Counted from the first letter of the stretch, positions 18,288-29,015 are shown. The stretch: 64,000 nucleotides of DNA from Hyphomicrobiales bacterium (GCA_051531935.1 JAOPTR010000016.1:493766-557765), one strand, 5' to 3'. A program made the numbers and translations. Notes: a model not told the origin generated them from the letters alone.

Positions 18288-19919
18288 CTAAAAGCCCTTT
18301 TTAATGCCGCCCAATATACCACGCACCAAAGCCCCTGCAATGCGGGTCGAAACTGATCGCAAAACAGATTTTGCAACTGTTTCGCCATAACCTTGGCGTT
18401 TCGAGCCTTTGGCACCGCCCAATAGGTCATCAAAAAAGCCACGGTTGGTTTTTTCTTCGGCCGCAGCGGCTTTGTCAGCAGCTTTTGCCGCACGCGCCGC
18501 TATTTTAGCAGCCTTCGCTGCATCACGTTCTGCTTTCGCTGCTTTCTTTTCAGCCTTCGCTTCAGCTTTTGCCAATGCGGCCGCTTCTTTAATGGCTTGT
18601 TCAGCTTTATTTTGCGCTTCTTCCGCAGCATGTTTTGCCTCAGAACGGCCTTTAAACAATTCATAAGCCGATTCACGATCTATTAAATCTTCGTACTTTC
18701 CGTAAATATGGCTATTTTCAACAATCACCGCGCGTTCTTCAGGCGTTATAGACCCCATACGGCTCGATGGTGGTCTCACCATGGTGCGTTGCACAATTGA
18801 TGGCACGCCCTTTTCATCCAATGTCGAAACCAAAGCCTCACCAACACTTAGACTGGTAATCGCTTCATAAGCATCAAAATCTGGGTTGTTACGAAATGTT
18901 TCAGCCGCCACTCTCACAGCTTTTTGCTCACGCGGTGTGAAAGCGCGTAAAGCATGCTGCACGCGGTTGCTCAATTGCGCCAAAACATCATCAGGCACAT
19001 CTGCAGGGTTTTGGGTTACAAAATAAACACCAACACCTTTAGAGCGAATCAACTTCACAACCTGTTCAATTTTCTGCACCAATGCTTTGGGTGCGTCTTC
19101 AAATAATAAATGCGCTTCATCAAAAAAGAAAACAAGCTTGGGTTTTTCAGGGTCGCCAATTTCAGGCAATTCTTCAAATAACTCAGATAATAACCAAAGC
19201 AAGAATGTCGCGTATAATTGCGGTGATTGCATTAATTTATCGGCCGCCAAAATGTTGATCAACCCGCGGCCCTTATTGTCAGTTTTCAAAAAATCCTGAA
19301 TGTCCAATGCAGGTTCACCAAAAAACTCGTCACCACCTTGGTTTTCAAGCGTCAACAAACGCCGTTGGATAGATCCAACAGAGGTGCGCGAAACATTGCC
19401 ATATTCAAGTGTTAAATCTTTGGCATTTTCGCCAATATGCACCAACATTGCTTTTAAATCTTTAAGGTCCAAAAGCAATAAACCCAAATCATCAGCCACT
19501 CTAAAGGCCACGTTAATCACGCCTTCTTGCGTTTCATTCAAGTTCAGCAAACGGCTCAAAAGCAAGGGGCCCATGTCAGATATTGTGGTTCTAATCGGGT
19601 GGCCTTGTTTGCCAAATAAATCCCAAAAAACAACTGGAAATTTGTTCATTTCATAACCTTCATACCCAATGTCATTGGCACGTTTGGTTAAAAAGTCTTT
19701 TTCCTCGCCTTTCATAGCAAGCCCAGCTAAATCGCCTTTTACATCAGCACAAAATACAGGCACGCCATCGGCTGCAAAGCCTTCGGCCAAAATCTGTAAA
19801 CTCACTGTTTTCCCAGTGCCAGTTGCTCCTGCAATCAGCCCATGTCTATTGGCTAGTTTCAACAATAGGTTTTCTTGTTTTTGGCTTTTACCAATATACA
19901 CACTGTCTTCAGAATACAT
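18288..19919 (-). CDS. HerA-like/DUF853 (YjgR family) P-loop ATPase
   Basis: 543 aa with Walker [11 protein letters not shown], Walker [13 protein letters not shown] and the [13 protein letters not shown] motif. The C-terminal tail is Ala/Lys-rich. Confidence 0.8.
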   Translation of the reverse strand: MYSEDSVYIGKSQKQENLLLKLANRHGLIAGATGTGKTVSLQILAEGFAADGVPVFCADVKGDLAGLAMKGEEKDFLTKRANDIGYEGYEMNKFPVVFWDLFGKQGHPIRTTISDMGPLLLSRLLNLNETQEGVINVAFRVADDLGLLLLDLKDLKAMLVHIGENAKDLTLEYGNVSRTSVGSIQRRLLTLENQGGDEFFGEPALDIQDFLKTDNKGRGLINILAADKLMQSPQLYATFLLWLLSELFEELPEIGDPEKPKLVFFFDEAHLLFEDAPKALVQKIEQVVKLIRSKGVGVYFVTQNPADVPDDVLAQLSNRVQHALRAFTPREQKAVRVAAETFRNNPDFDAYEAITSLSVGEALVSTLDEKGVPSIVQRTMVRPPSSRMGSITPEERAVIVENSHIYGKYEDLIDRESAYELFKGRSEAKHAAEEAQNKAEQAIKEAAALAKAEAKAEKKAAKAERDAAKAAKIAARAAKAADKAAAAEEKTNRGFFDDLLGGAKGSKRQGYGETVAKSVLRSVSTRIAGALVRGILGGIKKGF

Positions 19920-20071
19920 ATAAACACCCTAATTTTTAAGTTTTGTTCAGTTTAACCATCATTAGAAAACATGCCAGAAAAAACTTATATTTCGCCATTT
20001 ATTCGCATTATGCTTGCAAAACCAATTCACTACCCACATATTAGATGCACATTAACGAAAGGGATATTCCT

Positions 20072-20470
20072 ATGGAACAAATCATCGCAATTATTGCAGA
20101 AAAAATCGGCGTAAGCCCCGAAATCGCATCTAAAGCTGTTGGCATTATTTTAAATCTAGTCGATTCATCAGTAACAGATGATGTTAAAGAAAAATTATAT
20201 GCAGCCGTGCCAGAAGCTAAAGATATAGCAGCCACTGGTGGCGAAGAAACAGGCGGCGGCCTGCTGGGTATGGCTGGCGGCTTGTTCGGCGGCGGTGGCG
20301 GCGCAATGGGTGCAATGGCAGCCATGGGTAAACTAAACGAAGTTGGTCTCGATACCGATCAAATCAGCTCAATGGGCAAAACACTTCTAGGCCATATCGG
20401 CGAAGTGGCTGACGAAGAGCTTGTTGGCGAAATTGTAAGCTCGATTCCTGGTCTTGATAAATTCGTTTAA
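20072..20470 (+). CDS. hypothetical protein with two helical modules joined by a Gly-rich linker (DUF2780-like architecture)
   Basis: 132 aa from the ATG at 20072 (GAAAGGG upstream). It has IGVSPEIASKAVGIIL, then GGGLLGMAGGLFGGGGGAMG, then VGLDTDQISSMGKTLLGHI. Confidence 0.4.
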   Translation: MEQIIAIIAEKIGVSPEIASKAVGIILNLVDSSVTDDVKEKLYAAVPEAKDIAATGGEETGGGLLGMAGGLFGGGGGAMGAMAAMGKLNEVGLDTDQISSMGKTLLGHIGEVADEELVGEIVSSIPGLDKFV

Positions 20471-20496
20471 TATCATTTCCAAGCTAAATTTTGAAA

Positions 20497-20521
20497 GAGG
20501 AGCTTAACGGCTCCTTTTTTA
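20497..20521 (+). terminator. rho-independent terminator
   Basis: GGAGC-TTAACG-GCTCC hairpin followed by a T6 run, 27 nt after the stop at 20470. Confidence 0.6.
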
Positions 20522-20533
20522 TTTGATTTTCAC

Positions 20534-20549
20534 CATACGCTAGCGTATG
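20534..20549. promoter_or_regulatory. perfect 16-bp palindrome, candidate operator upstream of mutAB
   Basis: CATACGCTAGCGTATG is self-complementary at 16 of 16 positions. It lies 25 bp upstream of the putative -35. Confidence 0.35.
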
Positions 20550-20574
20550 TTATAAAAACACACTTTGCAATAAT

Positions 20575-20602
20575 TTGATAATATAGATTCGTCGATTATA
20601 CT
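20575..20602 (+). promoter_or_regulatory. putative sigma70-type promoter of mutAB
   Basis: TTGATA-N16-TATACT, about 30 nt upstream of the mutA ATG. Confidence 0.3.
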
Positions 20603-20630
20603 GAGGTGAATTTCTAGCTGAGGGGCGCAC

Positions 20631-22034
20631 ATGTCAGAAAACCAGTTTAAAGAGACAAGTTTCAAACAATGGCAGTCCGCCGCATCAACCGCCCTGCGCG
20701 GCAAACCGCTAGAAAACCTAACAAAATCCACATATGATGACATCAAGGTAGAGCCGTTATACGCACCAAGTGCTAATCCCACTCCCATCAACCTCCCGTC
20801 AGATGTGTGGCAAATCAATCAAGCCATCAACCACCCCAATGTCGATGCCGCAAAGGCCCAAATCGCACAAGATTTAGAACAAGGCGTCAATTCCCTCAGC
20901 CTTTATTCAAATCAAGCCCAACAAGCACATGGCTACGGGCTAGATCTCACTCCAACACATCTAAACAGCCTATTCAAAGATGTATATTTGAACATGGTCT
21001 CACTACGCTTAGAAACAGGTTTAGACGAAATTCAAACCGCCACCGACATTACAGATTTCTATAATAACCTACCAAATAAAGGCCAATTATCACTCGGCAT
21101 AGACCCCATCGGCAAATTCACCCAATTTGGCGGGTGGAATGGCGAAGCTAAAGCCAAATCAAGTGTAATTTCAGCCCTTACTAAATTTAAGGCCCACCAT
21201 ATTTTACGCCTCGATGGCCGCATAGCGCATAATGCAGGCGCAAGCGAAGCACAGGAACTTAATTTCATACTCTCCACCGCCCTTACTTATCTAAAATGGG
21301 CAGATGAAGCAGGCCTAAATCTCAACGAGATCGCCCCAAAATTCGAAATCAGCCTTTCCGCATCGCAAAACCAATTCATCACCATTGCCAAAATTCGCGC
21401 CATGCGCCAATTATGGGCAGAGCTGCTCGATGGCCTCGAAATCAAACAATGCCCCGCCTATATATATGCCGAAACCTCCTATCGGATGATGACCAAGCCA
21501 GACCCGTGGGTAAATCTCCTGCGCACCACAGTCGCTTGCTTTTCAGCAGGCGTTGCAGGTGCAGATCAAATCGGCATATTGCCACTTAGTGCCGCCATTG
21601 GCCTTGCCCCTGCGTTCGATAGACGCCTCGCCCGCCACATTCAAACCATCCTCATAGAGGAAAGTCATCTTGCCGATGTTACCGATCCGAGCCACGGCAG
21701 TGGATATATCGAAAACCTCACCAAACAGCTCACCATTAAATCTTGGGAGCTATTCCAAAACACCCAACGCACAGGCGGTATAATTTCTAATCTTTTGGCA
21801 GGCAATGTACAACGTCAAATCCAAAACATAACCTCCCATCGCGATCAAGATTTGGAGTCAAAAACACATATTTTAACGGGTACGTCAGAATATGCGATCG
21901 AAGATGAAGCCGAATATGAAACGGTTAAAGCCCAACAAACCACATTAGTAATTCCAGATTTTGAAGAACAAATCACCCCATTGTTAGCCAAGCGAGATTC
22001 TGAAATGTTCGAATCCCCTCAAGGAGATGTTTAA
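20631..22034 (+). CDS. mutA: methylmalonyl-CoA mutase small (beta) subunit, short form
   Basis: 467 aa with MCM-family barrel-like motifs ([44 protein letters not shown]). Its TAA overlaps the ATG of the large subunit. Confidence 0.7.
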   Translation: MSENQFKETSFKQWQSAASTALRGKPLENLTKSTYDDIKVEPLYAPSANPTPINLPSDVWQINQAINHPNVDAAKAQIAQDLEQGVNSLSLYSNQAQQAHGYGLDLTPTHLNSLFKDVYLNMVSLRLETGLDEIQTATDITDFYNNLPNKGQLSLGIDPIGKFTQFGGWNGEAKAKSSVISALTKFKAHHILRLDGRIAHNAGASEAQELNFILSTALTYLKWADEAGLNLNEIAPKFEISLSASQNQFITIAKIRAMRQLWAELLDGLEIKQCPAYIYAETSYRMMTKPDPWVNLLRTTVACFSAGVAGADQIGILPLSAAIGLAPAFDRRLARHIQTILIEESHLADVTDPSHGSGYIENLTKQLTIKSWELFQNTQRTGGIISNLLAGNVQRQIQNITSHRDQDLESKTHILTGTSEYAIEDEAEYETVKAQQTTLVIPDFEEQITPLLAKRDSEMFESPQGDV

Positions 22035-24190
22035 TGTCCAAATTCGATCAAATTGCAAATCGCCCTTTATCTTTCACATCATCTTCGTCTATTCCAGAAA
22101 ACGACACAAACCAAAACACCATAAGCACGCCCGAAGGCATCACGCTAAAATCACATTATTCCAAATCCGATGTCGAAAACTTACCCCATCAAGAAACCTA
22201 CCCAGGTTTTCCACCCTATATTCGGGGGCCGTACCCAACAATGTACAGCGCACGGCCTTGGACAATCCGCCAATATGCGGGTTTTTCAACTGCCGAGGAT
22301 AGCAATGCCTTTTACCGTCGCAACCTTGCAGCAGGTCAAAAAGGCCTTTCCATCGCATTCGATCTTGCAACCCATCGCGGCTATGATAGCGACCATGAAC
22401 GCGTGGTTGGAGATGTTGGCATGGCGGGCGTTGCCATAGATAGCATTTACGACATGCGCACTCTGTTCGATAAAATCCCGCTCGATAAAATGAGCGTTTC
22501 CATGACCATGAATGGCGCAGTGTTGCCTATCCTAGCTCTTTATGTTGTCGCGGCCGAAGAACAAGGCGTTGCCCCCGCGCAATTAACAGGCACCATCCAA
22601 AATGATGTGCTTAAAGAATTTATGGTGCGTAATACCTATATTTACCCACCAAAACATAGCATGCGAATCATTTCAGATATTTTCAAATACACGTCTGAAA
22701 ACATGCCAAAATATAACAGCATTTCCATTTCAGGGTATCATATGCAAGAAGCTGGCGCGACAGCCGACCTAGAGCTTGCCTATACACTTGCCGATGGTTT
22801 GGAATATGCCAAGGCAGGTGTCGAAGCAGGTATAGATATTGATAATTTTGCCCCAAGGCTCAGTTTTTTTTGGGCAACGGGCATGAATTTCTTCATGGAA
22901 ATCGCCAAAATGCGTGCCGCTCGTATGATTTGGGCGGAAGAAATGCAAAAATTCAAACCCCAAAACCCAAAAAGCCTCTCATTGCGCACTCATTGCCAAA
23001 CTTCGGGGTGGAGCCTCACCGCACAAGATGTATTTAACAATGTCACCCGCACCTGTGTCGAAGCCATGGCCGCCACACAAGGCCACACCCAAAGTTTGCA
23101 CACCAATGCGTTGGATGAAGCTCTAGCATTGCCGACCGATTTTTCGGCACGCATCGCCCGTAATACTCAGTTGTTTCTGCAACAAGAAAGCGGCACATGC
23201 GATGTTATCGACCCTTGGGGCGGCAGTTATTTTGTCGAAAAACTCACACATGATCTTGCCGACAAAGCCCGCGCGCATATGGCCGAGGTCGAAAAAGCAG
23301 GCGGCATGGCTAATGCCATAAACGCAGGCATTCCCAAACTAAAAATCGAGGAAGCCGCTGCACGCACCCAAGCCCGCATCGACAGTGGCAAACAAACCGT
23401 AGTTGGCGTCAATAAATACCGTTTAGAGACCGAAGAAAAAATCGACATACTTAAAGTCGACAATCAAAAAGTTCGCAAAATGCAACTACAAAAACTCGAT
23501 CGCCTCAAAGCCGAGCGAGATCAGGCTGAGGTCGATCAAATGTTAAACCGCCTCACCCAATCAGCAAAAACTGGCGAAGGTAATTTATTGGCGTTGGCAA
23601 TAGATGCCGCACGCGCCAAAGCCACAGTTGGCGAAATTTCCATGGCTCTAGAAGCCGAATTTGGCCGCCATAAAGCCGAGATCAAAGCCATATCAGGTAT
23701 TTACCGTCAAGAAATTGGCGAAGATGATGAAACATTGTTAAAAATTGCCGAAGCCATAGATTTATTCGAGAAAAAAGATGGCCGAAGACCTTGCATTATG
23801 GTGGCAAAAATGGGGCAAGATGGGCATGATCGAGGGCAAAAAGTCATCGCATCAGCTTTTGCCGATTTAGGCTTCGATGTCGATATTGGAGAGTTATTCC
23901 AAACACCCGAAGAAGCCGCAAAACAAGCCGTTGCCAACAATGTACACATCATTGGCGCGAGTAGCTTAGCTGCAGGTCACCTCACCTCCATACCGGCACT
24001 TAAAACTGCACTCAAAGCTCAAGATCGAGGCGATATTATGATTGTCGCAGGTGGCGTCATCCCCCCGCAAGATTATGAAGAATTATATGCAGCAGGAGCA
24101 TCAGCCATCTTCCCACCAGGCACAGTTGTAAGCCATGCCGCGCTCGATCTTATAGAACGGCTCAACCGACATCTAGGCTATTCAAATTAG
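22034..24190 (+). CDS. mutB: methylmalonyl-CoA mutase large (alpha) subunit, B12-dependent
   Basis: 718 aa with [19 protein letters not shown] and [16 protein letters not shown]. The C-terminal B12-binding domain shows [13 protein letters not shown]. Confidence 0.93.
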   Translation: MSKFDQIANRPLSFTSSSSIPENDTNQNTISTPEGITLKSHYSKSDVENLPHQETYPGFPPYIRGPYPTMYSARPWTIRQYAGFSTAEDSNAFYRRNLAAGQKGLSIAFDLATHRGYDSDHERVVGDVGMAGVAIDSIYDMRTLFDKIPLDKMSVSMTMNGAVLPILALYVVAAEEQGVAPAQLTGTIQNDVLKEFMVRNTYIYPPKHSMRIISDIFKYTSENMPKYNSISISGYHMQEAGATADLELAYTLADGLEYAKAGVEAGIDIDNFAPRLSFFWATGMNFFMEIAKMRAARMIWAEEMQKFKPQNPKSLSLRTHCQTSGWSLTAQDVFNNVTRTCVEAMAATQGHTQSLHTNALDEALALPTDFSARIARNTQLFLQQESGTCDVIDPWGGSYFVEKLTHDLADKARAHMAEVEKAGGMANAINAGIPKLKIEEAAARTQARIDSGKQTVVGVNKYRLETEEKIDILKVDNQKVRKMQLQKLDRLKAERDQAEVDQMLNRLTQSAKTGEGNLLALAIDAARAKATVGEISMALEAEFGRHKAEIKAISGIYRQEIGEDDETLLKIAEAIDLFEKKDGRRPCIMVAKMGQDGHDRGQKVIASAFADLGFDVDIGELFQTPEEAAKQAVANNVHIIGASSLAAGHLTSIPALKTALKAQDRGDIMIVAGGVIPPQDYEELYAAGASAIFPPGTVVSHAALDLIERLNRHLGYSN

Positions 24191-24256
24191 AAAATCGTGC
24201 GAAGCGGCTATCAATCTCCAACATCAGCATGTAGCTAACTATTGTTTCGATGTTGG

Positions 24257-25285
24257 TTAAGCATTCTTGCGTTTAAACCAAGTTGGGGCTTCTTTCGCGC
24301 TCTCTTCAGCCGCAGGTTTTTTCTTTTTCAAAAATTTACCTACAAATTTATTGGTCATTTCATTCATCACATGCGCCACCAACATCATGGTCACAAAGGC
24401 CAATCCAATAGCAAGGTTAGGGCCGATAAGTTCAATCGTGTGGTTTATAATCACATAACCAATATTCTGATGAACCAAATAAAGTGCATAAGATAAGTTG
24501 CCCAAATAAACTAATGGTCTAATCGCCAACCAACGTAAATTGCCCGTGGTAAACAACCAGAACAACCAAAATAATGCTAAATCCAAAGCCAATGTGGCTT
24601 CTAACGCGTTTAAATGGGTGGCCATCAATACAATAAATGCCGACAATAAATAACTATTGCTTGGCTGCTTTTTATATAAATAAAAGCTCACACCACAGGC
24701 AAAATATCCCATGGCATTAAATACCAATGCCAATTTTTGCGGCAGAATAATCGGGTTTTCAAGCATTAAATTGGTAGCTGCCAAAGCAACATTAGTCACA
24801 ATCATAAAGCCAACAAATAGCTGCACTTTCGAAAAACTCTTAATCAAAAGCAGCCCAATAACCATAAAATAAAACACCCATTCAATGGCTAAAGTCCAAT
24901 AAGCGCCATCGACATTGGCAAAACCAACAAATTTTTGCAGCATACTAAAATTCACCAAAAAGGTAGTGAAATCAACAGTTAAATCTGGGTAAGGGAATAT
25001 AGTCAGAGTCACAAAGGTAATGACTAACGCCACCCAATAAAGTGGGTAAAGCCGTAAAATCCGCCCCTTTAAAAAGGCAAAAGCACTGTTTTTACTAGCT
25101 GCAGAAAACGAGATGACAAAGCCACTAATTACAAAAAATAAGTTAACTCCATAACCCAAATCATTAAATTGAAAAACGGGCAATTCAGCACCCGGGAAAA
25201 AATCAAAATAACGTGTGGTATAATGAAACAACACCACAGCCAAAGCGGCAAGCCCGCGCATCGCGTCTAATTCTAAATATCTCAT
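24257..25285 (-). CDS. acyltransferase 3 family membrane protein
   Basis: MRYLELDAMRGLAALAVVLFHY is the typical N-terminus, followed by about 10 TM helices. The longest ORF starts at 25324. Confidence 0.75.
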   Translation of the reverse strand: MRYLELDAMRGLAALAVVLFHYTTRYFDFFPGAELPVFQFNDLGYGVNLFFVISGFVISFSAASKNSAFAFLKGRILRLYPLYWVALVITFVTLTIFPYPDLTVDFTTFLVNFSMLQKFVGFANVDGAYWTLAIEWVFYFMVIGLLLIKSFSKVQLFVGFMIVTNVALAATNLMLENPIILPQKLALVFNAMGYFACGVSFYLYKKQPSNSYLLSAFIVLMATHLNALEATLALDLALFWLFWLFTTGNLRWLAIRPLVYLGNLSYALYLVHQNIGYVIINHTIELIGPNLAIGLAFVTMMLVAHVMNEMTNKFVGKFLKKKKPAAEESAKEAPTWFKRKNA

Positions 25286-25371
25286 CTTCACCACCCATTT
25301 GCAAATGACACCAATTAGATACAATTTTAATCGATTTTGGCTTTAAAATAAATGTTTAAGCCCATTCATGT

Positions 25372-25386
25372 TTAATGCGAGGTTAA
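25372..25386. promoter_or_regulatory. TTAA-N7-TTAA (CtrA-type) box in a divergent promoter region
   Basis: TTAATGCGAGGTTAA, 47 bp upstream of the ATG at 25433 and 87 bp from the acyltransferase start. Confidence 0.35.
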
Positions 25387-25432
25387 GATAAAATTGCTAA
25401 ACTAACCACCACTCACATAAGGATGCCTAAAA

Positions 25433-26800
25433 ATGGATAGACGTAAATTTTTAACCTTCGCAAGCACAGCATCTATGGGGCTCAGCGCAGCCCTCATCCC
25501 ACAAACATCACAAGCGGCCACGGCATCCAACCATAGTTTAAACGCTGCAGATTTAGGCCTAATTGCCAATAGTTCAACCGACCAATCTTCAGCATTTCAA
25601 GCGGCCGTTTACGCTGCAAGTGCCAAACAGCTCCCGCTATTCGTGCCTGCTGGCAGCTATATAATTGCCGATATTAACCTGCCCAAAAATACGCATATTA
25701 TTGGCGTTAATGCCCAAACTACATTCATCCAAACCCATGATTTGCCAATTTTCTATATCAATCAAGCCGATCATATCAACATCGAATATATAAATTTTGA
25801 AGGCAATTTAATTGCCAATGAACAAAGCCAAATCATCAGCATTAACAATAGTAAAAACTTCACAATACAGCATTGCCGCCTATTTAACGGCAATGGCAAT
25901 GGCATCGAAATGCAGGCCTGCAACGGTCAAATCAGCAATTCACAATTCCACAACATTGCCCAAGCTGCCATTTTCTCGCGCGATGGTAAAAACCTTAAAA
26001 TCATCGGGAATGAGATTTTCGACATCGGCAATAACGCCATTCTCATTTGGCAACAAAACAAAGCCGAAGATGGTACAATTATAAGCCAAAACCACATTCA
26101 CGGCATCAATTCCTTCGCAGGGGGTTCTGGGCAAAACGGCAATGGCGTCAACATTTTTAGGGCTAATAATGTCATCGTCACAGACAATCGGTTTGATGAT
26201 TGCTTCTATAGTGCCGTGCGTGTTAACGCAGGGGATAATTGCCAAATCATCAATAATAATTGCACCGATATTGGCGAGGTTGCCCTCTATGCCGAATTTG
26301 GTTTTAATGGCGTCATCATCAATAATAACCTTGTCGATTCTGCAGGCGCAGGTATTTCCATCACCAACCTAAATCAAGATGGCCATCTGGCAATTTGCAA
26401 AGGCAATCTATTACGCAATCTCACCATAACACCACGCCCCACCCAACCAAATGACCCACGCAATTACGGCATATCAGCCGAAGGCGATGCCCTCATCGAA
26501 GGCAATTTGGTCGAAAACGCTAGCAATTTTGGTATAGGCGGCGGCTATGGCGAATTTCAGCGCAACATCAGCGTGGTCAATAACATGCTGAAAGACTGCG
26601 TTTATGGCATCGTCACATCAGTTGCCAATAATGCTGGTAAAATGACCATCAGTAATAACAGCATTAATAATGCAGAACGCGGAGCAATTGTAGGCTTCGC
26701 ATGGGATGATCCAGCAACAGATGACCTGATTAACGACAATCAAAAGTTTGACGAAGGCAGCCATGCAAATCTAAGCATCAGCAATAATGTGCTCACTTAG
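25433..26800 (+). CDS. Tat-exported right-handed beta-helix repeat protein (TIGR03808-like)
   Basis: Twin-arginine signal MDRRKFLTFASTASMGLSAALIPQTSQA. Repeated NN/GN-rich parallel beta-helix turns follow (IIGNEIFDIGNNAI, IINNNCTDIG, ISNNSINN). Confidence 0.65.
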   Translation: MDRRKFLTFASTASMGLSAALIPQTSQAATASNHSLNAADLGLIANSSTDQSSAFQAAVYAASAKQLPLFVPAGSYIIADINLPKNTHIIGVNAQTTFIQTHDLPIFYINQADHINIEYINFEGNLIANEQSQIISINNSKNFTIQHCRLFNGNGNGIEMQACNGQISNSQFHNIAQAAIFSRDGKNLKIIGNEIFDIGNNAILIWQQNKAEDGTIISQNHIHGINSFAGGSGQNGNGVNIFRANNVIVTDNRFDDCFYSAVRVNAGDNCQIINNNCTDIGEVALYAEFGFNGVIINNNLVDSAGAGISITNLNQDGHLAICKGNLLRNLTITPRPTQPNDPRNYGISAEGDALIEGNLVENASNFGIGGGYGEFQRNISVVNNMLKDCVYGIVTSVANNAGKMTISNNSINNAERGAIVGFAWDDPATDDLINDNQKFDEGSHANLSISNNVLT

Positions 26801-27822
26801 AATTCCCAAAAATCAGCAGGTCGCGCAGTTGCCACTTCATAGCCATTGCAGTTTTTGTAAATTTTATGGGTAAAACGCTCAATCACTTCATCATCTTCGG
26901 GTTTCAGCAACCCCAGTTTTTTCAAAGTAGCACTCAACATCATTTCCGATCCACGGCATGAGTTTGAACCATCCATAAGCGTTCCATCGTCACATTTTAA
27001 AGCAATGCCAATACCATGTTCGGGCAGGCTTACACAAAACACGCCTTCAGCGCCAGTTTTAACAAATATAGGTGTCGATAATTCACTCATAATATTTGTG
27101 CAATAGCGCCCTGTTCCTGCCACGTAAAATGGCTCGGCCATCACCGCATTGCGCAATTTTGCAAAAGCATTCCCGCGTACTTCTCCCAAACCCTTACCGC
27201 GCGATATTTTGGCAAATGCTTTGGCCCAAGCGGTCAAAGGTGCCGCCCATGTTGGCAGTGAACAACCGTCAAATCCCCAAGGTGCTTTGTTTAAATCTGT
27301 TTCAGTCAACTCACCCATGACTTTTGCCATTTCAAGCTGCACAGGATGTTCAATATCAATATAGTCTTTTGTGTCAAACCCCGCATGTTTGGCAAATGCC
27401 AACATGCCAGAATGCTTGCCAGAACAATTATTGTGCAATGCACAAGCCCGCTCGCCAGTTTTCACCAATTCATAAGCGCTTTTATTATGAAACGGCATAT
27501 GCGTCCCACATTGCAAATCAGCCACACTCAAACCAGATGCCGCCAAAATCGAATTTGCAGTGAGTGTATGCGCCACCTCACCATTATGCGACGAGCAAGC
27601 TAACGCCAATTGTTTATCATTCAGCCCCAAAGCTTCAGCCGCGCCCGATTCTACCAATGGCAACGCCTGCATAATCTTAATGGCCGATCTTGGAAACACC
27701 AATTTATCAACATCACCAACCGACAATAGGGTTTGCCCACTATCATCAACAACATGAATAGAGCCTCTGTGCACGCTCTCCACATGGTCACTACGTAAAA
27801 TATCAACAAGTATCGGATTCAT
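26797..27822 (-). CDS. L-asparaginase II family protein
   Basis: 341 aa with VESVHRGSIHVVD, PRSAIKIMQALPLVESGAA, LALACSSHNGE and NNCSGKHSGMLA. Confidence 0.75.
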   Translation of the reverse strand: MNPILVDILRSDHVESVHRGSIHVVDDSGQTLLSVGDVDKLVFPRSAIKIMQALPLVESGAAEALGLNDKQLALACSSHNGEVAHTLTANSILAASGLSVADLQCGTHMPFHNKSAYELVKTGERACALHNNCSGKHSGMLAFAKHAGFDTKDYIDIEHPVQLEMAKVMGELTETDLNKAPWGFDGCSLPTWAAPLTAWAKAFAKISRGKGLGEVRGNAFAKLRNAVMAEPFYVAGTGRYCTNIMSELSTPIFVKTGAEGVFCVSLPEHGIGIALKCDDGTLMDGSNSCRGSEMMLSATLKKLGLLKPEDDEVIERFTHKIYKNCNGYEVATARPADFWEF

Positions 27823-27861
27823 ATCGGCCCTCTTTCGCTTATACTATAAGCAGCACACACC

Positions 27862-27886
27862 AAATCAAACAAGCGAAATTCGCTTA
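27862..27886 (-). terminator. hairpin/terminator downstream of tRNA-Gln
   Basis: AAGCGAA-T-TTCGCTT on the - strand, followed by GTTTGATTT. Confidence 0.4.
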
Positions 27887-27919
27887 TTCATTAGGTTAAC
27901 AAAGAAATTTGAGAAAATG

Positions 27920-27993
27920 TGGCTGGGGTACCAGGGATCGAACCTGGGATGACCGGATCAAAACCGGTTGCCTTACCGCTTGGCTATACCCCA
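27920..27993 (-). tRNA. tRNA-Gln (anticodon UUG), CCA encoded
   Basis: The reverse complement is TGGGGTATAGCCAAGCGGTAAGGCAACCGGTTTTGATCCGGTCATCCCAGGTTCGATCCCTGGTACCCCAGCCA. It folds as a cloverleaf with anticodon loop TTTTGAT, very close to E. coli tRNA-Gln. Confidence 0.93.
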
Positions 27994-28008
27994 ACAGACA
28001 TTGAAAGC

Positions 28009-28037
28009 TAAATAAACCGAATTTCCACAAAGCGCAA
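28009..28037 (-). promoter_or_regulatory. putative promoter of tRNA-Gln
   Basis: On the - strand, TTGCGC-N17-TATTTA ends 15 nt upstream of the mature tRNA 5' end. Confidence 0.25.
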
Positions 28038-28124
28038 CCCATCTTTTGCAGCTATCCCAAAAAACTTTAGGATAAATCTATTTTTATGCGTTTACAGCCC
28101 CGTCGAATGGCTTAGACTGACCAA

Positions 28125-29015
28125 ATGATCAAGATTAAGCAAATAACTCCCAACATTCGACGCGTCACTTGCCCCAATCCGAGCAAGTTCACCTTTAAAG
28201 GCACAAATTGCTTTATTGTCGGTCAAAATAAGCTCACCATCGTCGACCCAGGCCCCATTATAGAGGGCTTCATTCCAGCGCTTGTGCAAGCCTTAAGTGG
28301 CGAAACTATAGAGCATATCCTCATCACTCACACCCATCGCGATCATTCGCCTGGTGCGGCCGAGCTTGTGCAACTCACAAATGCTAAAACCTATAATGCA
28401 GGTAAACATGGCGTTTACCGTACAGATATCGAAAATCATTTCGAATCCAGTGGCGATTGGAACTTCTCACCCGATGTACTTTTAACAGATGAGCATGTGT
28501 TTCATTGCGGCAATCTAACTTTCAAAGCCATTCAAACCGATGGTCATTGCTTCAACCACATGGCCTATGCGCTCACGCATATAGACAACACACCAACATC
28601 CGATGCCGAAAACTGCCTATTTATTGGCGATCATATTATGGGCTGGGCGAGCACCATTGTCGCCCCACCAGATGGTAACATGGGCAGATATATGCAAAAT
28701 CTTTACAAATTACAAAATGCCGATTATCACAGCCTACACCCAGCTCATGGCGCGGCTATCACCAAACCCAAAATCCGCATAACAGAACTCATTGAACATC
28801 GCGAATCACGCGAGGCGGAAATTGTGGCTTGCCTCAATCAAGGCATTGGCGACATCCGCCAAATGGTCAGTATCAACTACCCAAAACTAGACCCTGCCCT
28901 CATTGGGCCTGCAGCCATGTCAACATTATCCCAGCTCGAATGGCTGATGGATAAAAATATGGTGGTAAGTGATAAGGGATTAACGATAGATGCCCACTAT
29001 CAGCTTGCAAAATAG
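28125..29015 (+). CDS. MBL-fold metallo-hydrolase
   Basis: 296 aa with the THTHRDHSPG (HxHxDH) motif and a C-terminal winged-helix-like tail, as in LACTB2-type enzymes. Confidence 0.8.
   Translation: MIKIKQITPNIRRVTCPNPSKFTFKGTNCFIVGQNKLTIVDPGPIIEGFIPALVQALSGETIEHILITHTHRDHSPGAAELVQLTNAKTYNAGKHGVYRTDIENHFESSGDWNFSPDVLLTDEHVFHCGNLTFKAIQTDGHCFNHMAYALTHIDNTPTSDAENCLFIGDHIMGWASTIVAPPDGNMGRYMQNLYKLQNADYHSLHPAHGAAITKPKIRITELIEHRESREAEIVACLNQGIGDIRQMVSINYPKLDPALIGPAAMSTLSQLEWLMDKNMVVSDKGLTIDAHYQLAK

Noticed and set aside
20041-20325. 94-aa Pro-rich - strand ORF
   Set aside because: It is the mirror image of the Gly-rich linker (GGGLLGMAGGLFGGGGG) of the + strand gene. The + strand ORF has an RBS and a terminator, so it is the real gene.
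24218-24256. CCAACATC / GATGTTGG inverted repeat between mutB and the acyltransferase gene
   Set aside because: The stem is 8 bp, but the loop is 23 nt and there is no flanking T-run. It is too weak to call as a terminator or operator.
27920-27993. tRNA-Gln as a possible genomic-island integration site
   Set aside because: Both flanks carry ordinary housekeeping genes (asparaginase II, MBL hydrolase, DnaJ-like, fabI). There is no integrase, I saw no direct repeat of the tRNA 3' end nearby, and there is no obvious composition shift.
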